Positions 50,901-64,000 of a stretch of 64,000 nucleotides of DNA are shown piece after piece (the first letter of the stretch is position 1; the number at the start of each line of letters is the position of its first letter). The notes beneath the pieces are model-generated. The model saw nothing but the letters and a program-made list of their open reading frames with translations, made no database searches and was not told the DNA's origin. This DNA is from Dimorphilus gyrociliatus (taxonomy: Eukaryota > Animalia > Annelida), in NCBI GenBank assembly GCA_904063045.1, contig CAJFCJ010000011.1, positions 1,238,598 to 1,302,597 of the forward strand. The letters are read 5' to 3'. Both the position numbers and the translations under genes were made by a program.

Positions 50901-53900
50901 AAAAATATTTTTATTTGTCAACAAAGTCAAGCATTTATCAATATAATATATGTTTGTGATGGTAAACCAGATTGTTCATTAGCTGAAGATGAGAAAAGCT
51001 GTTTAGTTCATTCAGAAGTTCCATCTTTTCATTGTTTTTCATCCAATTTATCAATAAGTTATACTTTAGTTTGTGATTTTGAAAAAGATTGTTCAGATGG
51101 TTCAGATGAACAGTTTTGCAGTATGATTATAATATTTTATATAAACATATTATTGGGATATTTATTCAACAAATTTAATATAAAATCACTTTTCTTTAAT
51201 AGACCAAAGAGATTGCAAAGGGAATAAGATGTAATATATATATATTTGTAGTTAATGATCTAAACTTTCCTTATTGTTACCATTATACATATTTCATTTA
51301 AACTTATAGCATGCATTCTTTCTCTTTTTCTATATTGATTATATGTACTGTATCTACCCTAAATTATTAAGTAATTGTTATAAACTTCTACATTTTATAT
51401 TAATAAAAGTTGGTGATTAGCCTTAACCTTAGATCATAACTTACTCTACAGTAGCACATTTAACAGCGTGAATTCGGTTAGACTAAGCTAACTTAAGGTC
51501 ATGAGTCATTAAAAAAAAATAATAGTAATGGTGACTTTAATGTCAAGTAATGATAGTATACCCATTAGATTTTTATTCTATACTGCCTTTATAAAAAGAA
51601 AGTTAAAAATTGTTAAATGTCTCTCTCTTTTTAATAGATATAGAAAAATGATTATTTCATTCTTTCAGAAAGTGTAATAATGGACAATGTATAGACAAGA
51701 CTAAAGTGTGCAACAATGAAAAAAATTGTTTTGATAATAGTGATGAAAATTGTTTGAGTGAACATGCTATTAGTGAATACTTTAAAACAGGTAACACTTT
51801 ATAAATATTTGGTAATAATTAACCCATTCAGCAAAGGACAAAAAATACTGAACAGAATGTAGAACAAATGTACAATTTTCATGTCAAGAGAAATGTATCA
51901 AAAAAAATAGGATGTGTGACTTTCAAGTTGATTGTAGAAATGGAGAAGACGAAAAATATGAGTTTTGTTCTCATTATAAAATGGAAAGTCCTCCTTGTGT
52001 TTTAAGTTATGACTCAACTGGTTATCCTTCAAAGAAGATATATTCTCCTCTATATGATTTTTTTGAATGCAGAAAAATACATTGTGAACCACATGAATTT
52101 TTATGTGTAATTGGAAAATTTTGTATATCAATTGAGCAAGTTTGTGATGGAATTAATCATTGTTTATATAATGAAGATGAATTATTTTGTGGTAGAATGT
52201 TTTCTATTACTTTTTTTTGTAGGAAAAAGGCCATAAAAAATTTGATGATTTACAATTAATGACAGATAATTTCTATTTGAGTGGTTATTTTAGTTGTAGA
52301 AATGAGAAAAACTATATTATTAGTGAGAGGATATGTGATGGAATTATTGATTGTAAACATGGAAGTGATGAGATACTTTGTAATATTCAACAATTATCAA
52401 ATCAATTTTGCCAACAGCAAAATGTATTCTATAATTATGAATGTATAACAAAAGATAAAAAGAATATACAAACTCTAGATATAAAAAGTTTTTCATCAAT
52501 AAAAAAACTAAATATTATTGGCAATTTCAGGTTTAATTTTTCTGAAATTGCATTAGAAACTACAGCTTTATCAATCAGTTACAATGTAAATTTCAATATT
52601 TCTATTTTAAAAAAATTTCCAAATCTTATATTTTTAACAATTCATGAAAATAAATTTAATTTTCAACATAATGCTAATTTAAAATTACTTATTCTTCAAT
52701 ATCTTGATTTATCAAGAAACAATTTGATTAATATATCATTTATAGAAAATTTGAATTCCATTAATTTAAGATATTTGGATATTTCAAACAATCCAATAAC
52801 AAAATTGGTTTCAAATAAGACTATTTTTGAAAAATTACTAATATTTAAAATAACCAATTGCTATATTTCAAATATTGAAATGTCATTTTTAAATACAATA
52901 AAAAACTTACATGAATTCCATCTTAATAAAACAATATTCCATTCAAGTGACAGTTTGAAAATTGTAAAATCTCTTACAAATATAAAAAAAATCTTTAATG
53001 AAAAGTATAATTTATGTTGTTTAGTTTGGAAATTTATTGGTAGGAATGTTGTCTGCTATCCAACTAGTAGTTTACTGACAAATTGTTCAAATATTTTGAG
53101 TACTAACTATATACGTGCATTATTTATATTGTTTGGAATTCTGGGATTGATTGGAAATATTATTTCATTAATATTATTGTTGTTACACAATCATTTCAGG
53201 ATGATTTATAGACTTTTAATGAATATTGGTGATTTATTGACCTCAGTTTACTTTTGTGTGATTGCTTCTATTGATATATATCTTCAAGGAAGTTATATGG
53301 AAAATGATGATATGTGGAGAAATAGTTTCCTTTGTAAATTTATAGGAAAATTAATGATTTTTTCACTTATACTTTCTAGAACTAGCCTTTTTCTTATAAC
53401 TTTAGAAAGGCATAGAGCAATAACAAATCCATTCAAAAATTCAAAAGTATTTGTAAATAAAAGAATCTTTGGTCTTGTAATATTTTTATTATCTTTAATT
53501 GTCAGTGTTTCACCCATCTTTTTCAAAAAAGTAATGTTTTAGCTGTTTTTATAAGCTAATTGGTGAATTTTCTGCTTTTTTTCTCTCTTAGAATAATACA
53601 GAAAGTTCACCAATTTGCTTTAATCTACATTTAAGAAGTGATATGGTTGAAGGTTGGATTTATATGTATATTATTTTTGGAGTATATTTTCTAATAATTA
53701 GTATACTGATCGGTTTCCTCTACATTCAAATTTTAATAACTGTAATAAAATCAAATTCAAAATTTAAAAAAAATAAATGCCATAATACAAAAAATTCCCA
53801 AAAATTGTATACAACAATTTCTCTTACAATTATTACAAATCTTTTTTCATGGCTTCCAATTTCAATACTTGGTTTGTTTCAGAGCTGTTTTCAGCAACAA

Positions 53901-54739
53901 CAACTAAATATTGTCTTTATTTTTCAATACAGGAACATTATCAATTGCAATTAATTTCCATTTGAGGAATGACAGATATTTAATAATTGTCATTTTATGC
54001 TTACCATTCAATTCTTTAATTAATCCTCTTCTAAATTCATACCGAGATTTTGTTGATCTAATTAAAAGTCGAATAGATAAATATACACAAAAAAGGTTTT
54101 TTTCTATTTTTATTGTTTTTTCAAATATTAAGTTGATTTTTAAATATTTTGAACAGATTGGAAGCAGTTAAAAAGAATGAAGATGACAAGATCCTTACAA
54201 GTTTGTTAGATAAACAAATTGATTTCTTAATATCTGTTTTTTTGTTATATTTTTCAATAATTTAAACAGTTCTCAATTTTTTCAAACATTCACAAGATAA
54301 TCATCTTTTTCAAAATGGAGCATTTACAGTATTCAACCAATTAAATATCTCCAAAGAATTTTATGATACATATCAGCATATAAAATTTTTGAAAAATATT
54401 ATTGATGGTCTCTGTTTTTGTCATAAAAATTCATTAGCATTAGAGGGAGATATAACATTTAAACATATTGGTTATGATGTAAGATATAATGATTTTAATT
54501 CTAAAAAAATCCACCATATACACCTAGGCTTGTTTGAAGTGAACTTTAATTATTTTTTAATTAGATTAGACAACAAAGATTTTTTCTTAAATGGAAAGGA
54601 TTTGTCAGAATTGATGACCACAATGCAAAAAGTAATATATACTCTTTTGGAGAACTCACAAAGAAAATTTTACAGAGGAAAAGATGCTATTGTTAATTTT
54701 TATCAATATCCAAATTTTACTGATATTTTTTTTAATTAA
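47967..54739 (+). CDS. GRL101/LGR-like receptor (locus D): signal peptide, SRCR-like modules, C-type lectin, LDLa, LRR, 7TM and kinase-like tail
   Basis: MMFYYLLMHFCLYLETISS; VICQHFGY; LCKSYGY...YCKSDALHLNDC; lectin CYSFF...KANCEKLNSTLADF; LDLa 50900-52380; LRR; WRNSFLCKF, TLERH, WLP, NSLINP. Tail exons 54157-54200 and 54270-54739 join in frame (introns 54096-54156, 54201-54269). Confidence 0.83.
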
Positions 54740-56557
54740 CATCTTGAATACAAATATTTAATTAAAGAAGACAATATACAATATTCTTATCATAAGTTTA
54801 GTAGAAAATTTTCAAATTTTTAAATCATCATTACTACAATATTAAATTTAAATATGACAAAATGTTTTTCGTTCAGTCTCTCATTAAATGTAAAAAAGAA
54901 GCTAAACAAGTTCCATTAGCATATTTGGAACAGAGGGTTTGCTGTTTAATTTTATATTGAATAGCATACCCAGTTTTTGTCAAAATTTTAGCATAGTTTT
55001 CTAGTTTACAAATACTCAATACATAACTTATTAGTAAAACAAAAATTGTATATTTTAAAAAGATTTTTTTTTAAACTTACATAAACTACCAGAAATTTCA
55101 GTATAATCCATTCTATCTTTAGTTTGATCAAAAATTCCATTCATAATTTCTTCTTTCTTCTATCAAAACATGGGAACTGAATAAGGAATTATACATAATT
55201 ATCTAAGAAGTACTTTTTTTCAGCTAGAAATTGAATTCTAATTTTAAGATGTTATGATTATTATGCAGATTTTAGGTTTTGTTGAGAAAGTCCTATATCA
55301 TTGTTGTATAGACTGGTTAGGGTTTGGATAAGGAGGGTGATTGCTATTTAGGTAATTATTCTACAACTGGACTAAAATTGGTCTATTATTGGCCACTGGA
55401 AGGAAAAATATTTGAAATGCTGTCATATATAAATGCTCAGTTGTCAGGATATTGATGAAAAATAAGCTGCACAAAAGAAAAAAATACAGGAAAAAAAATC
55501 ATTTATATCATTTTCTTGACTCCTTTTTTAAACATATTTAACAAAAATGATTTACAGGCATTGAGATTTTAATCTCTCTATCAAATAGCAATCACGTAGG
55601 CCTATCTTTACAGAATTATTAAAATGATCAAACACAATATATTTTAATTAAACCACAAAATTGTTGACATGTATTAATTAATTAATGTCCTTATTTAATG
55701 ATTCATAAGAAAAACGAGTACATACTTGACAATACAGGAAGAAGTATTAGTTTCTATTTAAATATATTAATTCAAGTCTTTTTTGTTTATTTCAATGAAA
55801 TTTTTTATAAAGTAGATGCTGATTTTTGCTTCAATATTGCAAAACAACAACTTATTATCAAAGTAAGAAGAGTAAATCAAATGACAGAAAAAAATTGATC
55901 TGAAGATACATCTACTGTTCTGTTAGTACAACCTTTCAACAAGAAAATCAGGTGATGTATTGACTACAATCTTTATTCAATTATTAACATGGAATTCACC
56001 TTTCAGTTAAGATTAAGATACTCGAATGGAACATTTTACTTATCTATTGCTTCTCCCAATATAGATTTTTTATAGCAATATATTATTTGACAATATTTTT
56101 TGACCATTTCTAGGCTACTAAACATTGGAAATGAAAGATTTCAAGTTTCTAGAGGGAAAAAAGAGAAGAAAGCTGGAAAATGTATATAAGATGACTGCAA
56201 TAATAAATCAATGGAAATCAATTCAATTTGAAGTTGTCCCACAGAGAAAAGTTGTAAATATACTGATATATATATTTAGTTCATATTTCACAAGAAATGA
56301 ATATTCTTTCAAACATGAAAGACTGTTACATCACATATCCAACTTATAATCTTTTCAAACATCATTGTTCCTTTGCCAATTCCACTGTGTCTATATTTAA
56401 TAAGGTTCAATATTCTGTTTCCAATAAAAAAAAAGTCTTTCTAAAATTCCTTCATATCTAATTTCCAAATATTAATAGGTCACGACTTAGAAGTGTACAT
56501 CTCACATTCCATCTGTAATGAAGATAACTCAGAGTTTAGTCTCATTTAGATTTAATC

Positions 56558-59500
56558 CTAACTCTTTATTAGAAAAGTTTCAACCTGCAGTAATTTGTAA
56601 AAGAATCCATTTTGCTTTTTCAATTCTTCAATAGTTCCTATTTCTACTATCCTCCCTTGATCCATAACAACTATTTTATCACTATCAATAATTGTATTCA
56701 ATCTATGAGCTATGGCTATAATTGTGCAATACTTAAATTGATGTTGCAAAACATCTTGAATAAGATTATCTGTTTCCAAGTCAACATTGGCAGTGGCCTC
56801 ATCAATCAATATTAAATATGATTTTTTTAATAATGCCCTTGCCAAACAAATCAATTGTCTCTCTCCAGTGCTAAAATTTTTCCCTCCTTCAATCACTGTT
56901 GATTGCAATTGATCTTTCAAATCTATTACCTTTTTTGATAATTGAACTTTATGGAGACTCATCCAAATCTCATCATCAGAGTACATGTTCAATGGGTCTA
57001 AATTTGACTGTATTGTCCCAAAAAACAAAACTGGGTCCTGTGGAATGACAGATACAGCTGATCTAGCACTACTGAGACTAACATCTCTTAATATATCAAC
57101 ATTATCTAAAATAATTTGTCCTTCAACAGTAGCCATTCTTAAAAGGGCTGATATCAGAGAGCTTTTACCAGCACCTGTCCGTCCAACCACACCAACCTAA
57201 AATATATATGATTTATCATAGAAAGCAAAAAAGACAACTGGGAATTAATGGAATAAACCTTTTCTCCAGATTTAATAGTTAAATTGATAGATGATAGTGT
57301 GTATGGTAAATTTGTATCATATCTCAATGAAACATTAATAAGCTGTAAATTTCCATTACAAGGCCAACCAGAATGTATTTGTGATGAACTCTCCTCATTC
57401 AAATAATCTTTGCTCTCTTCTAATGGAAGATTAGAGTACTCTTTAATACGATCAACTGATGTCATCTTAATTGTATATCATATAAAAAATTCAGAAATAT
57501 TTAAAAGAAATGCCTAAAGATAATACATACAATTCCATCAAGTTTGATATAACTTTTAAGACCAATAACTAATTCAACAATCTTATTAGTAATGTAAACT
57601 ATAGCCAAAGTATTAATAAATGCTGTCTCAGGAGTTGAGAAGTATACACAGGCAATATTTGTGAATAATTGAGTTATGAAAATCCAAGTAAAAAGTATCC
57701 AGCATAAAAACATGTTAAAAGCATTTAAAATATAGAAATAGTGCAAGTTAGTGTTAAGAGTTTTGTAAAATTTATCCATCAACTGTTCTTCTCGTTCAAA
57801 ACATCGAATAATTGAAAGTCCTGCTAGAGTAGTATCTAACATTTCATACACAGGACTGGCTGTTGTACTATCAAGTCTCTTTAATTTACTTGAATAGTGT
57901 GCCATCTTTGCAATTGTAAAATAGGTGGTTATAAGTAATAGGACTACTGGTATGAGTAAGATGTGTATGTTGTATGCAATAAGAGCCAATGAACAAATCA
58001 TTCCTCCAGTATAAATTAATATTCCATCAGCATTGGAGTACAAGTATACATCAATAAAAAAAATATCTCTGGAAAATCTGTTTAATATCCTACCTTTGGG
58101 ATAAGTATTGAAAAATCTCATAGTAGTTAATAATACTTTGATGAACATTCCATTGTGAAGATTTATAGAACATAAGCAAATATTAATGAAATAAAGTATT
58201 TGTCTTCCAATTTCTATTAAAATTATGAGGAATAAGATGATAAAAACATGCAACAGATTACTTTTCGACCATGAACTTGTTGCAAAAATTTTAATTCTAG
58301 TATCAAGATAAATTTTCATTGTAAACATGAGACAAAATAAAGCAAAATATAGGCCTAGCACAATATAACTACCACTATCAAAATAGGCTTTATAAGTTCT
58401 CCAGCTGGAAAGCCCATCAGCTGTGTTTTCTTTCATATATTCCTCATCTTTTTGATAAAGAGCTACTTCTTTGTTTTGATTACTTTTATAATCTGTGATT
58501 GAAAGTTTGATTTTTTCAACTTGTTTTAGAGTACCATTTTCTAGAGAAAAGACTTTATCAGCCTGTTGCAGAAAGTGTACTTGATGTGATACAAGTATTA
58601 CAGTTTTCTCCTTTAGGTAGTCAAGTATACAATTATTCATCACTTGCCTAGCAACAGTCCTATCTAATGCACTAAAAGGATCATCTAATATATAGATATC
58701 TGCATCTCTATAAACTGCTCTTGCCAGGCATATTCTAGACTTTTGTCCACCACTAAGAATAACTCCCCTCTCTCCAATAATTGTTTTGTCACCTTTTGGA
58801 AAATTTGCCAAATACTAAAAAAGATTAAAATTTTGTAATAAAAAAGGAATTTTTGAAAGTTTTTTTCCTTTTTTATACCTTTTGAAGTGAGCATATTTGT
58901 AAGACTTTGATGTACTTTTTGAAACAGTATTCATCTCCAAATAGTATATTATCTCTAATTGATTCATTGTAGAGCCAAGAATCTTGTGATAAATAGGATT
59001 TCTTTAATGGAATTTTGATAAATCCATTTATTGGATTAAGCTCTTCAAGAATTGTTAGGAGCAGTGTAGTTTTTCCTGAACCAGTCTTTCCATAGATACC
59101 AATCAAAGATGGAGATTCAACAAATAAGTTTACATTTTTCAAAATGATTTTGGAATTATACTTTTCTTTTTCTGTCCAACTAAAATCAACATTTTTTAAA
59201 TGGAAAATATTTAAATTGCTGTTATCATTCAAAATTGACATTTTCATGCTTTTATTTCTTAATCTGTTGTTTACAAGTAATATATCCTGAATTGTAAAAT
59301 AATACAATAAATTAGTATGTTAAAAAAAAGACAATTTACAAACTTCTATTCTCTGCAGACAAATGAAATACTCTTTTAAGCCATGAATAAATTTTGGAAA
59401 AAGGAAAAAAACATCACCATCTAATAGAAAAACAAGACCAATAAATCTCAAAACTGAAGGGAGGTTTAACGTTTCTGGCCTTGTTAATTTTGCAACAATA

Positions 59501-60701
59501 ATTGAAGAGATAATGACAACTTTAACACCAATTATGTCAAATATTCTTAATGATATTGTATGTTTGAATGATTTCAAAAGGTTCAATATTTCTTTTCTTC
59601 TTAGGAAAGAAATTTTTTGTGAAAAATATTTTTCCCAAACTTGAATTTTAATAGTTTCAATTCCAGTTAAAATTTCATTCATAAAATGTATTCTTTTGTC
59701 AGTTGTAGCTGCAATCTTTGATCTATGAAGACCTTGTTTATATGCCATACAGGACTGAAATGCTGAAATACTAATAATTGTTAAAAAACATGTAAATCCT
59801 GTAGGATAACCATGAAGAATTCCAATAAGAATTGTTGTAGTAAATATGGATGTTATTGATCCAATGATTACACCAAAATGTTGAAGAACAGTTGGTATTC
59901 TTTCTAGATCATTGGAGAAAACTGTCATAATCTTTCCAGCAGTGTTTTTGTGTAAACATTCATAATCAATCTTTAAAATCTTTTCAAAAATACAACATCC
60001 CAAAGCAGATTTGAGACAAATGCCACATTTTGTTAATGAAAGAAGAAGATAATTTAAAATAATGCTCTCAAGCAATGAGCAGAATGCTGTTGAATTTATA
60101 ATTTGAATGATATAAAAAACATTAATAAAACATAAAAACTAACTTATAGCCAGTGCAATGCAATAACTTTTTCCAGTTACACCTTCCAATAGTTCTGCCA
60201 GCAGATCATGCAATAAAAATGAAACTGCATATCTAGAGCATATCTTTAAAAAAGACATTTTTTTTTTGAAAAGTGTAAAAATGAATTGATACAAACTATT
60301 AGCAATCTGACAACCATTAAAAAGAAAATTGTTCCTTTAATCTTATCTATTGTGATCTTGAATAGTGAAAATTTCTTATCCAAATTAAAGCTTTCAATAT
60401 CACTTAAAGAAATATATTTTTTTTGAGAAGAAAATTAGGGTTAGGGTTATATTTTCATTAAAATGTACCTTTTTATTTTACTGTGAGAAATTTTTGAATC
60501 CAATGATATCAATATTTCATAATTATCTAATCTATTAATCCAATCTTTACCTTTTAGCAGATTAAAAATCCATCTATATTTTTAAAAAATTAGGATTCAA
60601 AGTTTTAATTTAGAAATGTTAAAAACAAAATTGTAAACACTGAACAGTACTAATAATCTTGATATAGGATTAGATGTAGTCTCAGGATGTTGAATTTTCA
60701 T
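56558..60701 (-). CDS. ABCC: ABCC/MRP4-like ABC transporter (short form without TMD0)
   Basis: MKIQHPETTSNPISRLL; NBD1 GKTGSGKTT, LSGGQKSRICLARAVY, YILDD; NBD2 GRTGAGKSS, FSTGERQLICLARALL, LIDEATANVD; GRILNRFSRD in TMD2. Confidence 0.93.
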
Positions 60702-62799
60702 TTTCTATTTATATTTATTCTGTTTCTTCCTTTTTGTAAACAGTTTATAGTTGTAACACACATATATTTAGAAACTGATGATAATCTCTTCAAAAAAAGG
60801 TAGGTAATATTGTAAGCCTTTATACAATGGATTTCATCGTATGAGTATTCTATAATTTAACAATTTAAAAATTAGTGTAAACTATTATGCTTACTTATTA
60901 GAATATCTAAACAGTTGATTACCAATTAAATTGATACATTCTGCACTTCAGTTTGATATGAAAGCTTTAAAGAAAATTTTAGACCCAGCTCAATACTATT
61001 CAATGTGGATGCTTTACACTAAAATTTTTATATGAAAAAAAAAGTAAATTTCTCTTTTGATATTCCTATTCATCTATTCATCTATAATTTTTTTTTGAAT
61101 GAGTGAATAAATGGTTGGTTGATCAAAACTGATTTCTGAAAGACATACTAAATCTTTGGGCGGGGTACTAGTCCCTTCTCGCTCAATTTCGCTACAATCA
61201 CTTTACTGTTGTCCTTAGTAGTTTGTTGATCACTCTTAATATCAAAATTTTTAAACTTACTTCGACTGGCTTTAAATTTTGTACAGGAACAGATCAAATT
61301 GAACTTAATCACTGCATTCAATTTTAACAAAAAAGGGTGAATGGTTCCAGAGCTATGTCGCCTTAGTAGGCGAAGTTGGTAGGTTTAGGTTTTAAGATTA
61401 GGGATTAGCAAAATTAGTAACTTAAGTAAAATCTCAACAGGAGTGAGGAGAATTTGGACTGCAGTAATTCTACTATTCACCTTTTCGAGCTAATACAGTG
61501 ATAGACTTAATATAGCCATTACAAGAAAACCACCAACTTACAAAAAATTGATGACTGGCTATACATAAGAAATGAAAAATGTTTTGTGGCTTTTGTATTA
61601 TAATATTTGCAATAACTAATTTAACTTCTTTCATCAATTAAAACATGGTTTCTTGACGGTACTTTCAAACATGCTTTTTTTTGTAACGATATAAAATATA
61701 GTTGGGAATCAGAAATAAGATGAAAATAGAATAGAAATGGCAAAAGATAAAAAATGTCATGAAATTGTTTTACAAGTTCAAAAGCTTCTTCACCAGAAAT
61801 TAGAAGGTATTTTTTTTATGCTTTATTTTACCATACAAATCCAAAAAATTCCTTTTTCAATTTTAGTTTGATTTCATGATGGAAAATGATGTTCCAAATG
61901 GAATATTTTACTATCCTGACAATGGAAATATAACTATTCAAAATAATTTCAGTTAGCAATGTTTACAAATCATATTTTTATCAAAACTGGAAGAATGGAA
62001 AAATTGATTAGATATGATTGGTTACAGATATTAAAAAGATTTGATCTACTTCTCTTACAGGAAGTAGGAAAAGATGAAAAAGTACTTTCAGAGTATTCTG
62101 AGATTCTGTGTCTTATAAATAAAGAATTACACTTACTGAGAGAATCTGCATATTAAGCAATAGTTGGCAAAATATTTTGTTTGTTTTGAATGTAAGGAAT
62201 AGGAAGCGCAAGATCATTTTTCTCGTCCACCATTGATTGCTACTTTTGCAACAAAATATTGTCAAATTGACAAATTCACATTTATTCCTCTGCACAGTCG
62301 ACCAGATAAAAACGTTTCGCAAATCTAAAGGCTTGCCAAACACTTATACAGAATTACATCATCTTTTTCAAATCCCTGAACAATTAGAGGGAAATCAGGT
62401 TAGTTAGTAAATTCAATTACTTAAAAAAGTATTGCATCATTTTTTTTAAATATTTTAAATTTTCAAATTTCCAGATTAATTCAAATTTTTTTATTGGTGG
62501 AGATTCATGATAAGAAATTGATTGAATTTTATGATTTATCAGAAGTACAAATCCTCTATTTAGAAAAAGATAATGAAAAGAATAAAACACGAAAATATTC
62601 TTATTATTTTATGAAGAAAAAAAAGTCATTATTCTATGAATAACAAATTGGTAAAATCAATAAAAAATTTGCATGATAATAATAACTATCTGCTGTTCAA
62701 ATGAAAAGTTAAGCATTACTCATTGAAAAAGATTAAGAAGAATCTTTTTAAGCTGCACATTGTCTTTTGTAGGATACAGGAGGGTATCTTCTCTATTGA

Positions 62800-63004
62800 G
62801 TATGGTAAGGTGAAGTTTCTGTTAGAATTGTTGATGTACTAATTGCATCAAAAACTGTTTTTAATTATTAGATATTGATGAAAGTTTTCTCAAAAATATT
62901 TATTTTATTCAATGTTTTTGCAGAATATAGCATATACTGTTGTTGATGTAGAAACAATAGTAGTTGTAGTGATTGATTCAGATGTCACAATAGTTGGTTG
63001 AGAA
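62800..63004 (-). other. Thr/Ser-rich coding-like fragment cut at the spectrin fragment boundary
   Basis: Minus strand reads ISQPTIVTSESITTTTIVSTSTT and DAISTSTILTETSP; no complete gene recovered. Confidence 0.3.
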
Positions 63005-64000
63005 ATGTCAAAAATGAGATTCCGAGGCATTGGGATGGATTTAACTGCATCTACTTGGTTAATCAATAAACTTGAATTGAACGAAAAAAAAATTCAAGCC
63101 AGGGAACCAAGAGCCCAAGAACATTTATATTCCGTAGCAGCGGAGTTAACTCACCAACAGAGCAACCACAGAGGCTCCACAGAAATTAATTCAAGAGTGA
63201 GAGAGGTGAAAAATATATGGAGAACTCTGAAAGAATTAGTTAAGGCGAGACTGCTGGAGGACGCCTTAGAAAGTCATCAATTATTAAGCCGATGCTAATG
63301 AAGCAGAATCTTAGATAAAATCAATGGAACCCTTAGTTGAATCGACCGATTATGGAAAAGATGAAGCAAAATCATTATTGCAACATCATGCAAGATTCGA
63401 GGAGATCAAATCTTACTCCGCTGATATTGAGAGATTGAATTGTTTAGCTGCTTTCATGACAAAAGTGGCCAACCAGCACTTGGATGACCCTACTAGTACA
63501 TCTGATAAACAAGCAAAATATTTGAGCATAACCGAAGCAAATGACATAGAAGTTGAAAAAGAAATTCTTGAAGTTCCTGAACTTGTCAAAGTTGAAGAAA
63601 TGGTTGAAAAAGAAGTAATAGAGGTTGTCGAAGAAGAGAGAAGAATACTGCAGGCTATTGGTCTATTCGGCTATTCGAACAATGATCTTGTTCTAAAGAA
63701 AAATGATACAGTTTTGGTCTTAGACCAATCTAACAATGATTTGTGGAATGTCTGTGCAATCCATGGTTCAAGTGGTTACTTTCCAAAAAATAGACTTCAA
63801 GTTACAAGCAATAAGGTAATAATCTTAAAAAAGTGGAAACAATGAGATGAACAATTAACTCTGCCTACGATCACCTATGCTTGTCAGGAAGAAGAGGACA
63901 AAGAATGTTGGAGGATACCGCCTTATACTATAGATTTAGGTGCTGAGTATGACTCCAAAAAGGAACAATTATCAGAAAAAGTTATTGAAGCTAAAATAAA
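63005..64000 (+). pseudogene. kst: Beta-heavy spectrin (karst-like) internal fragment with stops and frameshifts; runs off the window
   Basis: LEDALESHQ then a shifted frame Y*ADANEAES*IKSMEPLVESTDYGKDE; long acidic linker, then SH3 (LVLKKNDTVLVLDQSNNDLWNV...GYFP), then a further spectrin repeat. A long linker before the SH3 fits beta-H rather than alpha spectrin. Confidence 0.8.

Noticed and set aside
54800-56500. Short ORFs between locus D and ABCC
   Set aside because: No motif, consistent splice pattern or homology to anything else in the window.
60435-60449. TTAGGG repeat as an interstitial telomere
   Set aside because: Only 2.5 units inside an ABCC intron; compatible with chance or a small repeat.
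61148-61480. CpG-richer patch upstream of ABCC, possibly a non-autonomous element or promoter
   Set aside because: No TIR, TSD or second copy visible in the window, so it cannot be classified.

Overview
AT-rich animal nuclear DNA with a very compact gene structure: most introns are about 45-70 nt, GT-AG. It looks lophotrochozoan, possibly a miniature annelid such as Dimorphilus; this is inferred from gene content and compaction only. The ORF track uses TTG/GTG starts and ignores introns, so genes were rebuilt by hand from splice sites. Content: (1) four GRL101/LGR-type receptor loci; the two complete ones (987-7120, 47967-54739) read as divergent SRCR-like modules + C-type lectin + LDLa repeats + LRR + 7TM, followed by a spliced cytoplasmic tail that resembles a degenerate protein kinase; (2) nine tRNA genes: three Gln-TTG and six Glu-TTC, four of the Glu genes carrying a 24-nt intron; (3) paralog pairs of F-type-lectin-like, LamG-like, ZYG11/ZER1-like and intronless GPCR genes, plus a peptide-type GPCR, an EGF/Calx-beta protein, a RING exon, a DUF229 gene, an ABCC transporter and a beta-heavy-spectrin pseudogene; (4) Tc1, FLYWCH/MULE and mariner remnants; (5) a 50-N scaffold gap at 34817-34866, where CpG content drops sharply. 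The strongest candidates for novelty are the lectin/LDLa/LRR-7TM-pseudokinase receptors and the intron-bearing tRNA-Glu family. Boundaries of multi-exon genes are manual and approximate unless stated otherwise.
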